Source: Macrostomum lignano
Lineage: Eukaryota
Assembly (NCBI GenBank): GCA_002269645.1
Contig: NIVC01000810.1
Coordinates: forward strand, 174,485 to 218,501
Length of the DNA: 44,017 bases
Direction of reading: 5' to 3'
A program made the translations under genes and the position numbers. Under the pieces are notes generated by a model that saw nothing but the letters and a program-made list of their open reading frames with translations, was not told the DNA's origin and did no database searches. This document shows, one piece after another, positions 29,581 to 43,500 of the stretch (the stretch's first letter is position 1; the number at the start of each line of letters is the position of its first letter).

Positions 29581-30377
29581 GTAGACGCTGAGGGTGTCTA
29601 CAGTTTTGCAAAATACGATTGCGGAACAGAAGAGGCCCTCTGTCTGCTGCGATTATCAAGATTAAGCTTCGAAGGAAGCTTAGATGGTACAATATTGTGA
29701 AATTTAACCATCAATACGGCTCAACGAGTGAAATAGCTACACTCGTAATATGGGTAGAAATTACCCTACATCCAACCGTCCAATTCACCTTTAGCCAATA
29801 GGCAATGGACCTGGGGCTTTATGTACGTGTAAATATAATTATTGTCCATTTAGCCACGGACTGCTATATGCTAAAACCTGGGCTAAAACCTTCTTTTGAG
29901 GCTTACAGATTTAGGTCCAGCATTTGCCACAGTGGTAGATATTCCAACACGGCATTGATAAGGCAAAAAAATCGTTTGTAAAGAATTACTACCTAAATTA
30001 CTTAATATAATGATGCATATTTAGGACACTCGTTATTAATATTTTATCAATGGCTTGGTCGTAGTTATATAAATTCAACAACAGAATAAAAAAATTGATG
30101 TAATTTACTTAAAATACGAAATTATTGAACGCAAAAATTTCATTTTTTTCTAGATTTCACGACTTTTCCTGAGATTTATAGACACGAGGACATCAAACGC
30201 ACACGTAGCTACGAGTGTCTGCTTTCCTTAGTTTGATTCGTATGACCGAATCACTACAAGCTCGTATGACCATCACGAGTTATACGAGCAAATTCTCGCA
30301 AAGCTCCGTGAAATTTTTTTCAACTAAACTTGTTAAATTTTCCGAAAATCGAAAAATTTAACTAGCTACATAGCCTT

Positions 30378-32498
30378 CACTCAGCAACACTGAAAAGTTT
30401 CCACCCTCGCGCCAGCCGTGTTTATTTAGAGTTTCAAAACTAGTTTTTGTCGCCAGACTTGTGCCATAGACGATTGATGATTTCGTCAACACGCACTTCG
30501 GCCATAGACAAAAACTTGGGTCATAGACGCCAGACAGGACAGGTCGAAGGAAACAGTCACATGGAGCAGACCCATGCTGCGATCCCGTAAGATGCGCAAA
30601 CGGCCACGCCTGACCCCAACCCATGTGGCCAGCCGGGAACAATGGATAAATAATCAACACTATTGACCGCGACCGCTGATTCTTTGCATTGTTTTTCTGT
30701 TTGACGATCCTAAAAACAATGCATTGTTTGTAGCAATGGATTGTTCTGCATTAAAAATGGGAATAATGATGTCAAATTGCTAAACAATGGGAAATGCAAA
30801 GGGCAGCAGCAGTGGCGGCGAGTGATTTTTATTGATTGTAGAGAGTTATTAGACAATACCGAAATGCTCTACTTAAAGTAATATTCTAAGGAAGTCAATT
30901 TCTTTCAAAATGAGTCATATCTATTTTAGGAATCACGCGCAAACAGAATGATTTAGAAACCTACATTGTTTGATCAAGGAACCGGATTCCAACAGCTGTA
31001 TTTGCTTAACCCCATATATGGTAATGCTCAAACATGCATGACAGCTTAATCAAACATTTTTGACCTAAGTAAATACCCAATCCCAAACCGGTTTTTCTCC
31101 AAAATTTTGCTATAAATATAAGTGAAATTTGAGTCAAAAATTCAGACTCAGAGCGGTCTCTAAAAAGACTCTGAAGAAACAAGAAGACCAATCTCTGAGG
31201 GACCACACCTGTCCAATTGGTAAGCGTTTACCCGATTTAGTTATTTGTTACTAGCGCTAATAAGTTGGTTAATTGAGTTATACGAGAGCAGTTCATTGTC
31301 GATACATTAGAGAAAGGCCTCCTTGTTTCCTAGGATATTCCTAGAGGATTTATTGATTTAATTGAGTTATCCGTTACGTTTCGGACGTAACGAAGAAGCC
31401 GCCCTTCAGGAGGACCTATCACAGAAAATTAGAGAATTCAATTGTTCATTAGGGCGCACGTTCTATTGTTAATTCCGAGCTCGAGGACCGTTAAGAAGTT
31501 CTGATTCGCTCTCGTTTGGTCGACCCACAGATAAAAGTCAAGGACTCAAGAAGAATACTCCAAATCGGCCGTCACTACTGCTCAGCCAAGTTAGACAGAG
31601 TCACACACACCGCAAGAACCAGAAGTCTACCAACCACAAGAGGATCCGCCGCAGTAAGTCATTTGAACTGGTAAATACCTAGGCACTTGTTCCCCAGTGT
31701 CTAGAAGTGGGAGTTTTTGAGTGACTGATCACCACTCTTAAACTCTTCATGATGAGAGCCGCTTTCGATTGTTCCGTGCCGACGGCCGCATTCGCGTGTG
31801 GCGCCAGCCGCACCAGGAGATGCTGCCGCAGCACGTGCAAAACTCTGAGAGCCAGTCAGCTTCTATTCACGTGTGGGCAGGCATCACAATGCACGCGAAG
31901 ACGGAGCTCGTGTTCCTGGATGCGATTGTGACTGCCGAGTCGTACGCCAACCTTCTACAGACGCGCCTGCTGCCTTTCATTGATGCTTCATGTGGTGGCG
32001 TGGGGAACAGCGTCCTCCAAGACGACAACGCCCCACCGCATCGCGCAGCCGCTGTGGCGCATCTGAAGGAGCTGCTGCACCTGCGATCCTTGCGCTGGCC
32101 ATCCCGATCACCGGACATGAATCCCAGGGAGCACGTTTGGGATTACCTGAAGCGCTCGATTCGGCGCGACAATCCGCCGCAAAACGTTGCCCAACTGCGC
32201 GAATCACTGTCTACTGCATGGCAACAACTCTGCGACGCCTGTTTCTGGGGATGCCCCGGAGAGTGAGCGCTCTGCTGCATGCACGTGGCTGCTATACGCG
32301 TTACTGACCCTGTTCTGGGCAAGTTGTCACCCATGCTCGCGTACTTTGTTTCTGTGCTGTTCCTTTGCTTCGTTCGAATCCGGATTATATATTTGTCTAT
32401 GGCTCAAACCATGAATATCTGCACCCACCAAAACGTTGACCCTTCGCAACGTTGACCCTTCGCACGCTAGGGTGGAAACTTTTCAATGTTGCTGAGTG
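30378..32498 (+). mobile_element. Decayed Tc1-family DNA transposon (DD34E) with 30-bp TIRs and an internal ~1.1-kb insertion
   Basis: TIRs CACTCAGCAACACTGAAAAGTTTCCACCCT (30378-30407) and AGGGTGGAAACTTTTCAATGTTGCTGAGTG (32469-32498), one mismatch; TA follows the right TIR. Linker fragment MLRSRKMRKRPRLTPTHVASREQW at 30574-30645; catalytic region from 31751. Confidence 0.9.
31751..32307 (+). pseudogene. Tc1 transposase DDE domain, frameshifted
   Basis: DESRF...VWAGI...QDDNAPPH...WPSRSPDMNPREHVW, with 34 residues between the second D and E. Frameshift near 32230 before MPRRVSALLHARGCYTRY*. Confidence 0.9.
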
Positions 32499-33768
32499 TA
32501 ATTTAGCCATATCACAAATGCAGCAAGAATGTTCTCAGGGTGCGCCGCTGCTGCAGTTCGAGCTTCGACTCAGCGCGGATGCTGCGACCTGCTGGCTGAA
32601 GTGAGTCATTGACGGCGCAGCTGCAGGCTTGCAAGGCAGGTGCAGAGAGCTGCATCAGTGAAATTGATCATCACCAACCTTAGAGACTGTACAGGCAGGC
32701 CAGTGTTGCGTGCTCTGTGCCGACTTACTGTTGAGCGAGCCTCGTGAGGTAAAGTCCAGGTCTCAGAGTCCAGATTCCAGGTGTCAGAGTCCAGATCTCG
32801 GCAGTCACAGCGGCCTAGAGCACTTTGGAGGTCAGATGGGAGCTCTGATTGCTCAGAACGAAAGGCAGCTCAGGCAAGCTCTTGGAAATGCCGCGGATCC
32901 CTCATCACGCTTTGCCACCTGCCTTGATGCTGTCCACAATCGCACAAGATTGTACGTGTACAGTCTAATCAAGCAGAGCGCTCGGCAAGAAGTGAATGAG
33001 CTATAGAGGTAAAATCCTTGCATATGTGCCTTCCATGCAGGTCCTATTGTTTTGGCTGCTAGCCAAATGGCTGAAATCAACTCAGGTGTTGAGAGAAGAA
33101 AGGATCGAGATGGCTTTACCTTGTGAGCTAGCAATCAATATATATTGTTTAACTGACAGATGCCCATCCAACATCAGTGCGATGTATGCGTACATTACAT
33201 AATAGTGTAGAGCAGGCACATTCATAACACATATCCCCTGCCTTTCGAGCTCGTACCCTACGTCGGGCCATGAGAAGGCAAAGGGGGAACTGCTTCGATT
33301 TGGAGTGCTTTGAGTGTTAATTAGACGCTTATTAATTACACTATTTAATTAATTGTTGCTTAACCTTGTAAGGAGTAGTTAATTTTTCCTGGAAGCTTGG
33401 TGTTCAAGCTTGGAAATTTTTAAGTTCAATACTAAGTTCAATACTACTACCTTTGAAGTAGCAATATGTGGGATTATAAAACTTTCGGTGCGACCGCGGT
33501 ATATTTAATACGGTAATCAAGGTTCCCATTTAGTCGTTGCAAGGCTAAGTGAGTTATCAGAGCCGCAGCAGCTATTAAATAAGACGGCATGCAGCTTTGC
33601 ACCAGGAAAAAAGTAGAAAGCGTTTATCACCATTGATATTTCCCTAATTGAGAACTTCAGCTGACTTAAACAAAATTTTTCACCAAGTTCTTTCGATTTA
33701 AGACTGAATATATTTTCAGACAAGAATTCGGTCCCATCAAAAAACGCTTCGTCAATTTTTTTGAGTAA

Positions 33769-34496
33769 ATGAGTCTCCAGAAAAAACAGATTCTGTACGT
33801 CAGCTGCAGTCTCTGCTGCTTTTACGTTTGTAAGTACCGTTTTTTAGCTTTTATCTTGCACAACTTCGTTTAAAAATTATTGTAGGCTACTTGACTTTAA
33901 TATAATGAGCAATAACATTAGCGTCTTGAAGGCCAAACTGTGACTCAAGGGGACTGGATATGAGTTAGTAGCACAGAAATCGAATTCAATACCTTTGAAC
34001 TGTCACTGTTGCTTAAAAGGTTGCTTAAAAGATTAGAGTAGCCAAAGTTTAGCGTGATCAGGCGGGTTGTACATATTTTTCATCCTTGTACATTGGGCGA
34101 GTGATCCACTAGGTCATTTGATGTCGTTGTATGCGAGCATTGTATACCTTAAGCGCTTCTTTGGAAAGCAAACGATGGGCATTGAATTATTGATAAAAAT
34201 CTGAAGATACTACGCCACTTTACAAAAAGCTTTGGTCAGACAGTTTTCAAGTCGCTAAAACTTTATTAACACTGAAGGCCTCGGCTTCAACATCACCAAA
34301 TCCGAAATCGATGATGCCTGGCAGTCGTCATGGTACAACAGCAACGGCTGCTTCCGTAATTCATCTGCCAGACCATCGCAATGGGACTATTTCCACTCCA
34401 GCAACACCGCGGACCCCTCAGGCTACCAGTGGCTGTTGCTGAAGCTCAACCGGTGTGTCTCAGTGCTCTCGGTCACTGTCTATGGGAGACTTGATT
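33769..34496 (+). CDS. 5' part (exons 1-2) of a second, divergently oriented copy of the lectin-Ig receptor; remainder would lie beyond the satellite, outside the window
   Basis: join(33769..33829,34278..34496). Exon 1 is MSLQKKQILYVSCSLCCFYV plus a phase-1 gtaagt donor, giving ...CFYVCLGFNITK. Exon 2 is identical to 28692-28474. Confidence 0.6.
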
Positions 34497-34559
34497 GTAA
34501 GTATTAGGATATTTTGCATCGGTTTGTGTTAGCTAAAGTTCGCTAAAGAGTACTGCTAA
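34150..34559 (+). repeat. Right arm of the inverted segmental duplication
   Basis: Reverse complement of 28411-28820 with one mismatch; the order of variant units also matches for the first several satellite units. Confidence 0.95.
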
Positions 34560-34560
34560 A

Positions 34561-37500
34561 GTTTGTGCGTACCGTGTGTTTGTGCATACTGTGTGTTTGT
34601 GCACACCGTGTGTTTGTGTACACCGTGTGTTTGTGCACACCGTGTGTTTGTGTACACCGCGTGTTTGTGCACACCGTGTGTTTGTGCATACTGTGTGTTT
34701 GTGCACACCGTGTGTTTGTGCACACCGTGTGTTTGTACACACCGTGTGTTTGTGCATACCGTGTGTTTGTGCACACCGTGTGTTTGTGCACACCGTGTGT
34801 TTGTGCACACCGTGTGTTTGTGCACACCGCGTGTTTGTGCACACCGCGTGTTTGTGCACACCGCGTGTTTGTGCACACCGTGTGTTTGTGCACACCGCGT
34901 GTTTGTGCACACCGTGTGTTTGTGCATACCGTGTGTTTGTGCACACCGTGTGTTTGTGCACACCGCGTGTTTGTGCACACCGTGTGTTTGTGCACACCGT
35001 GTGTTTGTGCACACCGCGTGTTTGTGCACACCGTGTGTTTGTGCATACCGTGTGTTTTTGCACACCGTGTGTTTGTGCACACCGCGTGTTTGTGCACACC
35101 GTGTGTTTGTGCACACCGTGTTTTTGTGCACACCGTGTGTTTGTGCATACCGTGTGTTTGTGCACACCGTGTGTTTGAGCACACCGTGTGTTTGTGCATA
35201 CCGTGTGTTTGTGCACACCGCGTGTTTGTGCACACCGTGTGTTTGTGCATACCGTGTGTTTGTGCACACCGTGTATTTGTGCACACCGTGTGTTTGTGCA
35301 TACCGTGTGTTTGTGCACACCGTGTGTTTGTGCACACCATGTGTTTGTGCACACCGTGTGTTTGTGCATACCGTGTGTTTGTGCATACCGTGTGTTTGTG
35401 CACACCGCGTGTTTGTGCACACCGTGTGTTTGTGCATACCGTGTGTTTGTGCATACCGTTTGTTTGTGCACACCGCGTGTTTGTGCATACCGTGTGTTTG
35501 TGCAAACCGTGTGTTTGTGCACACCGTGTGTTTGTGCATACCGTGTGTTTGTGCATACCGTGTGTTTGTGCACACCGTGTGTTTGTGCATACCGTGTGTT
35601 TGTGCACACCGTGTGTTTGTGCACACCGTGTGTTTGTGCACACCGCGTGTTTGTGCATACCGTGTGTTTGTGCATACCGTGTGTTTGTGCACACCGTGTG
35701 TTTGTGCACACCGTGTGTTTGTGCATACCGTGTGTTTGTACATACCGTGTGTTTGTGCACACCGTGTGTTTGTGCATACCGTGTGTTTGTGCACACCGTG
35801 TGTTTGTGCATACCGTGTGTTTGTGCACACCGTGTGTTTGTGCACACCGTGTGTTTGTGCACACCGTGTGTTTGTGCACACCGTGTGTTTGTGCACACCG
35901 TGTGTTTGTACATACCGTGTGTTTGTGCACACCGTGTGTTTGTGCACACCGCGTGTTTGTGCACACCGTGTGTTTGTGCATACCGTGTGTTTGTGCACAC
36001 CGCGTGTTTGTGCACACCGTGTGTTTGTGCACACCGTGTGTTTGAGCACACCGTGTGTTTGTGCATACCGTGTGTTTGTGCAAACCGTGTGTTTGAGCAC
36101 ACCGTGTGTTTGTGCATACCGTGTGTTTGTGCACACCGTGTGTTTTTGCATACCGTGTGTTTGTGCATACCGTGCGTTTGTACACACCGTGTGTTTGTGC
36201 ATACCGTTTGTTTGTGCACACCGTGTGTTTGTGCACACCGCGTGTTTGTGCACACAGTGTGTTTGTGCACACCATGTGTTTGTCCATACCGTGTGTTTGT
36301 GCACACCGTGTGTTTGTGCACACCGTGTGTTTGTGCATACCGTGTGTTTGTGCACACCGCGTGTTTGTGCATACCGCGTGTTTGTGCACACCGTGTGTTT
36401 GTGCACACCGTGTGTTTGAGCACACCGTGTGTTTGTACATACCGTGTGTTTGTGCACACGTGTGTTTGTGCACACCGCGTGTTTGTGCACACCGTGTGTT
36501 TGTGCATACCGTGTGTTTGTGCACACCGCGTGTTTGTGCACACCGTGTGTTTGAGCACACCGTGTGTTTGAGCACACCGTGTGTTTGTGCATACCGTGTG
36601 TTTGTGCAAACCGTGTGTTTGAGCACACTGTGTGTTTGTGCATACCGTGTGTTTGTGCACACCGTGTGTTTTGCATACCGTGTGTTTGTGCATACCGTGC
36701 GTTTGTACACACCGTGTGTTTGTGCATACCGTGTGTTTGTGCACACCGTGTGTTTGTGCACACCGCGTGTTTGTGCACACCGTGTGTTTGTGCACACCAT
36801 GTGTTTGTCCATACCGTGTGTTTGTGCACACCGTGTGTTTGTGCACACCGCGTGTTTGTGCATACCGTTTGTTTGTGCACACCGTGTGTTTGTGCACACC
36901 GTGTGTTTGAGCACACCGTGTGTTTGTGCACACCGTTTGTTTGTGCATACCGTGTGTTTGTGCATACCGTGTGTTTGTGCACACCGTGTGTTTGTGCATA
37001 CCGTGTGTTTGTGCATACCGTGTGTTTGTGCATACCGTGTCTTTGTGCATACCGTTTGTTTGTGCATACCGTGTGTTTGTACACACCGTGTGTTTGTGCA
37101 TACCGTTTGTTTGTGCACACCGTGTGTTTGTGCACACCGCGTGTTTGTGCACACCGTGTGTTTGTGCACACCGTGTGTTTGTGCATACCGTGTGTTTGTG
37201 CACACCGTGTGTTTGAGCACACCGTGTGTTCGTGCATACCGTGTGTTTGTGCACACCGTGTGTTTGTGCACACCGCGTGTTTCTGCACACCGTGTGTTTG
37301 TACACACCATGTGTTTGTGCATACCGTTTGTTTGTACACACCGTGTGTTTGTGCATACCGTTTGTTTGTGCACACCGTGTGTTTGTGCACAACGCGTGTT
37401 TGTGCACACCGTGTGTTTGTGCACACCATGTGTTTGTGCATACCGTTTGTTTGTGCACACCGTGTGTTTGTGCACACCGTGTGTTTGTGCATACCGTGTA

Positions 37501-40500
37501 TTTGTGCACACCGCGTGTTTGTGCATACCGCGTGTTTGTGCACACCGCGTGTTTGTGCATACCGTGTGTTTGTGCATACCGCGTGTTTGTGCACACCGTG
37601 TGTTTGTGCATACCGTGTGTTTGTGCACACCGTGTGTTTGTGCACACCATGTGTTTGTGCACACCGTGTGTTTGTGCATACCGTGTGTTTGTGCATACCG
37701 TGTGTTTGTGCATACCGTGTGTTTGTGCATACCGTGTGTTTGAGCACACCGTGTGTTTGTGCACACCGTGTGTTTGTGCATACCGTGTGTTTGTGCACAC
37801 CGCGTGTTTGTGCACACTGTGTGTTTTTGCATACCGTGTGTTTGTGCACACCGCGTGTTTGTGCACACCGTGTGTTTGAGCACACCGTGTGTTTGTGCAT
37901 ACCGTGTGTTTGTGCACACCGTGTGTTTGTGCACACCGTGTGTTTGTGCATACCGTGTGTTTGTGCATACCGTGTGTTTGTGCCTACCGTGTATTTGTGC
38001 AAACCGTGTGTTTGAGCACACCGTGTGTTTGTGCATACCGTGTGTTTGTGCATACCGTGTGTTTGTGCATACCGTGTGTTTGTGCACACCGTGTGTTTGT
38101 GCACACCGTGTGTTTGTGCATACCGTGTGTTTGTGCATACCGTGTGTTTGTGCACACCGCGTGTTTGTGCACACCGTGTGTTTGTGCATACCGTGTGTTT
38201 GTGCATACCGTTTGTTTGTGCACACCGCGTGTTTGTGCATACCGTGTGTTTGTGCAAACCGTGTGTTTGTGCACACCGTGTGTTTGTGCATACCGTGTGT
38301 TTGTGCATACCGTGTTTTTGTGCACACCGTGTGTTTGTGCATACCGTGTGTTTGTGCACACCGTGTGTTTGTGCACACCGTGTGTTTGTGCATACCGTGT
38401 GTTTGTGCACACCGTGTGTTTGTGCATACCGTGTGTTTGTGCATACCGTGTGTTTGTGCACACCGTGTGTTTGTGCACACCGTGTGTTTGTGCATACCGT
38501 GTTTTTGTGCATACCGTGTGTTCGTGCATACCGTTTGTTTGTGCATACCGTGCGTTTGTACACACCGTGTGTTTGTGCATACCGTTTGTTTGTGCACACC
38601 GTGTGTTTGTGCACACCGCGTGTTTGTGCACACCGTGTGTTTGTGCACACCATGTGTTTGTGCACACCGCGTGTTTGTGCACACCGTGTGTTTGTGCACA
38701 CCATGTGTTTGTCCATACCGTGTGTTTGTGCACACCGTGTGTTTGAGCACACCGTGTGTTTGTGCATACCGTTTGTTTGTGCAAACCGTGTGTTTGAGCA
38801 CACCGTGTGTTCGTGCATACCGTGTGTTTGTGCACACCGTGTGTTTGTGCACACCGCGTGTTTGTGCACACCGTGTGTTTGTACACACCATGTGTTTGTG
38901 CATACCGTTTGTTTGTGCACACCGTGTGTTTGTGCACACCGTGTGTTTGTGCATACCGTTTGTTTGTGCACACCGTGTGTTTGTGCACACCGTGTGTTTG
39001 AGCACACCGTGTGTTTGTGCACACCGTGTGTTTGAGCACACCGTGTGTTTGTGCACACCGCGTTTTTGTGCACACCGTGTGTTTGTGCACACCGTGTGTT
39101 TGAGCACACCGTGTGTTTGTGCATACCGTGTGTTTGTGCAAACCGTGTGTTTGAGCACACTGTGTGTTTGTGCATACCGTGTGTTTGTGCACACCGTGTG
39201 TTTGTGCATACCGTGTGTTTGTGCATACCGTGTGTTTGTGCACACCGTGTGTTTGTGCACACCGTGTGTTTGTGCATACCGTGTTTTTGTGCATACCGTG
39301 TGTTTGTGCACACCGTGTGTTTGTACATACCGTGTGTTTGTGCACACCGTGTGTTTGTGCACACCGCGTGTTTGTGCACACCGTGTGTTTGTGCATACCG
39401 TGTGTTTGTGCACACCGCGTGTTTGTGCACACCGTGTGTTTGTGCACACCGTGTGTTTGAGCACACCGTGTGTTTGTGCATACCGTGTATTTGTGCAAAC
39501 CGTGTGTTTGAGCACACCGTGTGTTTGTGCATACCGTGTGTTTGTGCATACCGTGTGTTTGTGCACACCGTGTGTTTGTCCACACCGTGTGTTTGTGCAC
39601 ACCGTGTGTTTGTGCATACCGTGTGTTTGTGCATACCGTGTGTTTGTGCACACCGCGTGTTTGTGCACACCGTGTGTTTGTGCATACCGTGTGTTTGTGC
39701 ATACCGTTGTTTGTGCACACCGTGTGTTGTGCATACCGTGTGTTTGTGCAACCGTGTGTTTGTGCACACCGTGTGTTTTGCATACCGTGTGTTTGTGCAT
39801 ACCGTGTTTTGTGCACACCGTGTGTTTGTGCATACCGTGTGTTTGTGCACACCGTGTGTTTGTGCACACCGTGTGTTTGTGCATACCGTGTGTTTGTGCA
39901 CACCGTGTGTTTGTGCATACCGTGTGTTTGTGCATACCGTGTGTTTGTGCACACCGTGTGTTTGTGCACACCGTGTGTTTGTGCATACCGTGTTTTGTGC
40001 ATACCGTGTGTTTGTGCATACCGTTTGTTTGTGCATACCGTGCGTTTGTACACACCGTGTGTTTGTGCATACCGTTCGTTTGTGCACACCGTGTGTTTGT
40101 GCACACCGCGTGTTTGTGCACACCGTGTGTTTGTGCACACCATGTGTTTGTGCACACCGCGTGTTTGTGCACACCGTGTGTTTGTGCACACCGTGTGTTT
40201 GTGCACACCGCGTGTTTGTGCACACCGTGTGTTTGAGCACACCGTGTGTTCGTGCATACCGTGTGTTTGTGCACACCGTGTGTTTGTGCACACCGCGTGT
40301 TTGTGCACACCGTGTGTTTGTGCACACCATGTGTTTGTGCATACCGTTGTTTGTGCACACCGTGTGTTTGTGCACACCGTGTGTTTGTGCATACCGTTGT
40401 TTGTGCACACCGTGTGTTTGTGCACACCGTGTGTTTGTGCACACCGTGTGTTTGTGCACACCGTGTGTTTGTGCACACCGTGTGTTTGTGCACACCGTGT

Positions 40501-43500
40501 GTTTGTGCACACCGTGTGTTTGTGCACACCGTGTGTTTGAGCACACCGTGTGTTTGTGCATACCGTGTGTTTGTGCACACCGTGTGTTTGTGCACACCGT
40601 GTGTTTGTGCATACCGTGTGTTTGTGCACACCGTGTGTTTGTGCATACCGTGTGTTTGTGCATACCGTGTGTTTGTGCACACCGTGTGTTTGTGCACACC
40701 GTGTGTTTGTGCATACCGTGTTTTTGTGCATACCGTGTGTTTGTGCACACCGTGTGTTTGTACATACCGTGTGTTTGTGCACACCGTGTGTTTGTGCACA
40801 CCGTGTTTGTGCACACCGTGTGTTTGTGCATACCGTGTGTTTGTGCACACCGTGTGTTTGTGCACACCGTGTGTTTGTGCACACCGTGTGTTTGTGCACA
40901 CCGTGTGTTTGTGCATACCGTGTTTTGTGCAACCGTGTGTTTGTGCACACCGTGTGTTTGTGCATACCGTGTGTTTGTGCATACCGTGTGTTTGTGCACA
41001 CCGTGTGTTTGTGCACACCGTGTGTTTGTGCACACCGTGTGTTTGTGCATACCGTGTGTTTGTGCATACCGTGTGTTTGTGCACACCGCGTGTTTGTGCA
41101 CACCGTGTGTTTGTGCATACCGTGTGTTTGTGCACACCGTGTGTTTGTGCACACCGTGTGTTTGTGCATACCGTGTGTTTGTGCAACCGTGTGTTTGAGC
41201 ACACCGTGTGTTTGTGCACACCGTGTGTTTGTGCACACCGTGTGTTTGTGCATACCGTGTGTTTGTGCACACCGTGTGTTTGTGCACACCGTGTGTTTGT
41301 GCATACCGTGTGTTTGTGCACACCGTGTGTTTGTGCACACCGTGTGTTTGTGCATACCGTGTGTTTGTGCACACGTGTGTTTTGCATACCGTGTGTTTGT
41401 GCACACCGTGTTTGTGCACACCGTGTGTTTGTGCACACCGTGTGTTTGTGCATACCGTGTGTTTGTGCACACCGTGTGTTTGTGCACACCGTGTGTTTGT
41501 GCATACCGTGTGTTTGTGCATACCGTGTGTTTGTGCATACCGTGTGTTTGTGCATACCGTGTGTTTGAGCACACCGTGTGTTTGTGCATACCGTGTGTTT
41601 GTGCATACCGTGTGTTTGTGCATACCGTGTGTTTGTGCACACCGTGTGTTTGTGCACACCGTGTGTTTGTGCATACCGTGTGTTTGTGCATACCGTGTGT
41701 TTGTGCACACCGTGTGTTTGTGCACACCGTGTGTTTGTGCATACCGTGTGTTTGTGCATACCGTTGTTTGTGCACACCGGTGTTTGTGCATACCGTGTGT
41801 TTGTGCAAACCGTGTGTTTGTGCACACCGTGTGTTTGTGCATACCGTGTGTTTGTGCATACCGTGTTTTTGTGCACACCGTGTGTTTGTGCATACCGTGT
41901 GTTTGTGCACACCGTGTGTTTGTGCACACCGTGTGTTTGTGCATACCGTGTGTTTGTGCACACCGTGTGTTTGTGCATACCGTGTGTTTGTGCATACCGT
42001 GTGTTTGTGCACACCGTGTGTTTGTGCACACCGTGTGTTTGTGCATACCGTGTTTTTGTGCATACCGTGTGTTTGTGCATACCGTTTGTTTGTGCATACC
42101 GTGTGTTTGTACACACCGTGTGTTTGTGCATACCGTTTGTTTGTGCACACCGTGTGTTTGTGCACACCGTGTGTTTGTGCACACCGTGTGTTTGTGCACA
42201 CCGTGTGTTTGTGCACACCGTGTGTTTGTGCACACCGTGTGTTTGTGCACACCTGTGTTTGTCCATACCGTGTGTTTGTGCACACCGTGTGTTTGAGCAC
42301 ACCGTGTGTTTGTGCATACCGTGTGTTTGTGCAACCGTGTGTTTTGAGCACACCGTGTGTTTGTGCATACCGTGTGTTTGTGCACACCGTGTGTTTGTGC
42401 ACACCGCGTGTTTGTGCACACCGTGTGTTTGCACACCGTGTGTTTGTGCATACCGTTGTTTGTGCACACCGTGTGTTTGTGCACACCGTGTGTTTGTGCA
42501 TACCGTGTGTTTGTGCACACCGTGTGTTTGTGCACACCGTGTGTTTGTGCACACCGTGTGTTTGTGCACACCGTGTGTTTGTGCACACCGTGTGTTTGTG
42601 CACACCGCGTGTTTGTGCACACCGTGTGTTTGTGCACACCGTGTGTTTGTGCATACCGTGTGTTTGTGCATACCGTGTGTTTGTGCAACCGTGTGTTTGT
42701 GCACACCGTGTGTTTGTGCATACCGTGTGTTTGTGCACACCGTGTGTTTGTGCATACCGTGTGTTTGTGCATACCGTGTGTTTGTGCAACCGTGTGTTTG
42801 TGCACACCGTGTGTTTGTGCATACCGTGTTTTGTGCATACCGTGTGTTTGTGCACACCGTGTGTTTGTACATACCGTGTGTTTGTGCACACCGTGTGTTT
42901 GTGCACACCGTGTTTGTGCACACCGTGTGTTTGTGCATACCGTGTGTTTGTGCACACCGCGTGTTTGTGCACACCGTGTGTTTGTGCATACCGTGTGTTT
43001 GTGCATACCGTGTGTTTGTGCACACCGTGTGTTTGCCCACCGTGTGTTTGTGCACACCGTGTGTTTGTGCATACCGTGTGTTTGTGCATACCGTGTGTTT
43101 GTGCACACCGTGTGTTTGTGCACACCGTGTGTTTGTGCATACCGTGTGTTTGTGCATACCGTGTGTTTGTGCACACCGTGTGTTTGTGCATACCGTGTGT
43201 TTGTGCAACCGTGTGTTTGTGCACACCGTGTGTTTTGCATACCGTGTGTTTGTGCACACCGTGTTTTGTGCACACCGTGTGTTTGTGCATACCGTGTGTT
43301 TGTGCACACCGTGTGTTTGTGCACACCGTGTGTTTGTGCATACCGTGTGTTTGTGCACACCCGTGTGTTTGTGCATACCGTGTGTTTGTGCATACCGTGT
43401 GTTTGTGCACACCGTGTGTTTGTGCACACCGTGTGTTTGTGCATACCGTGTGTTTGTGCATACCGTGTGTTTGTGCATACCGTGTGTTTGTGCATACCGT

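Noticed and set aside
32520-33200. Short ORFs in the inter-receptor region (32710-33006, 32853-33134)
   Set aside because: No domain motifs or consistent splice chain; probably repeat remnants.
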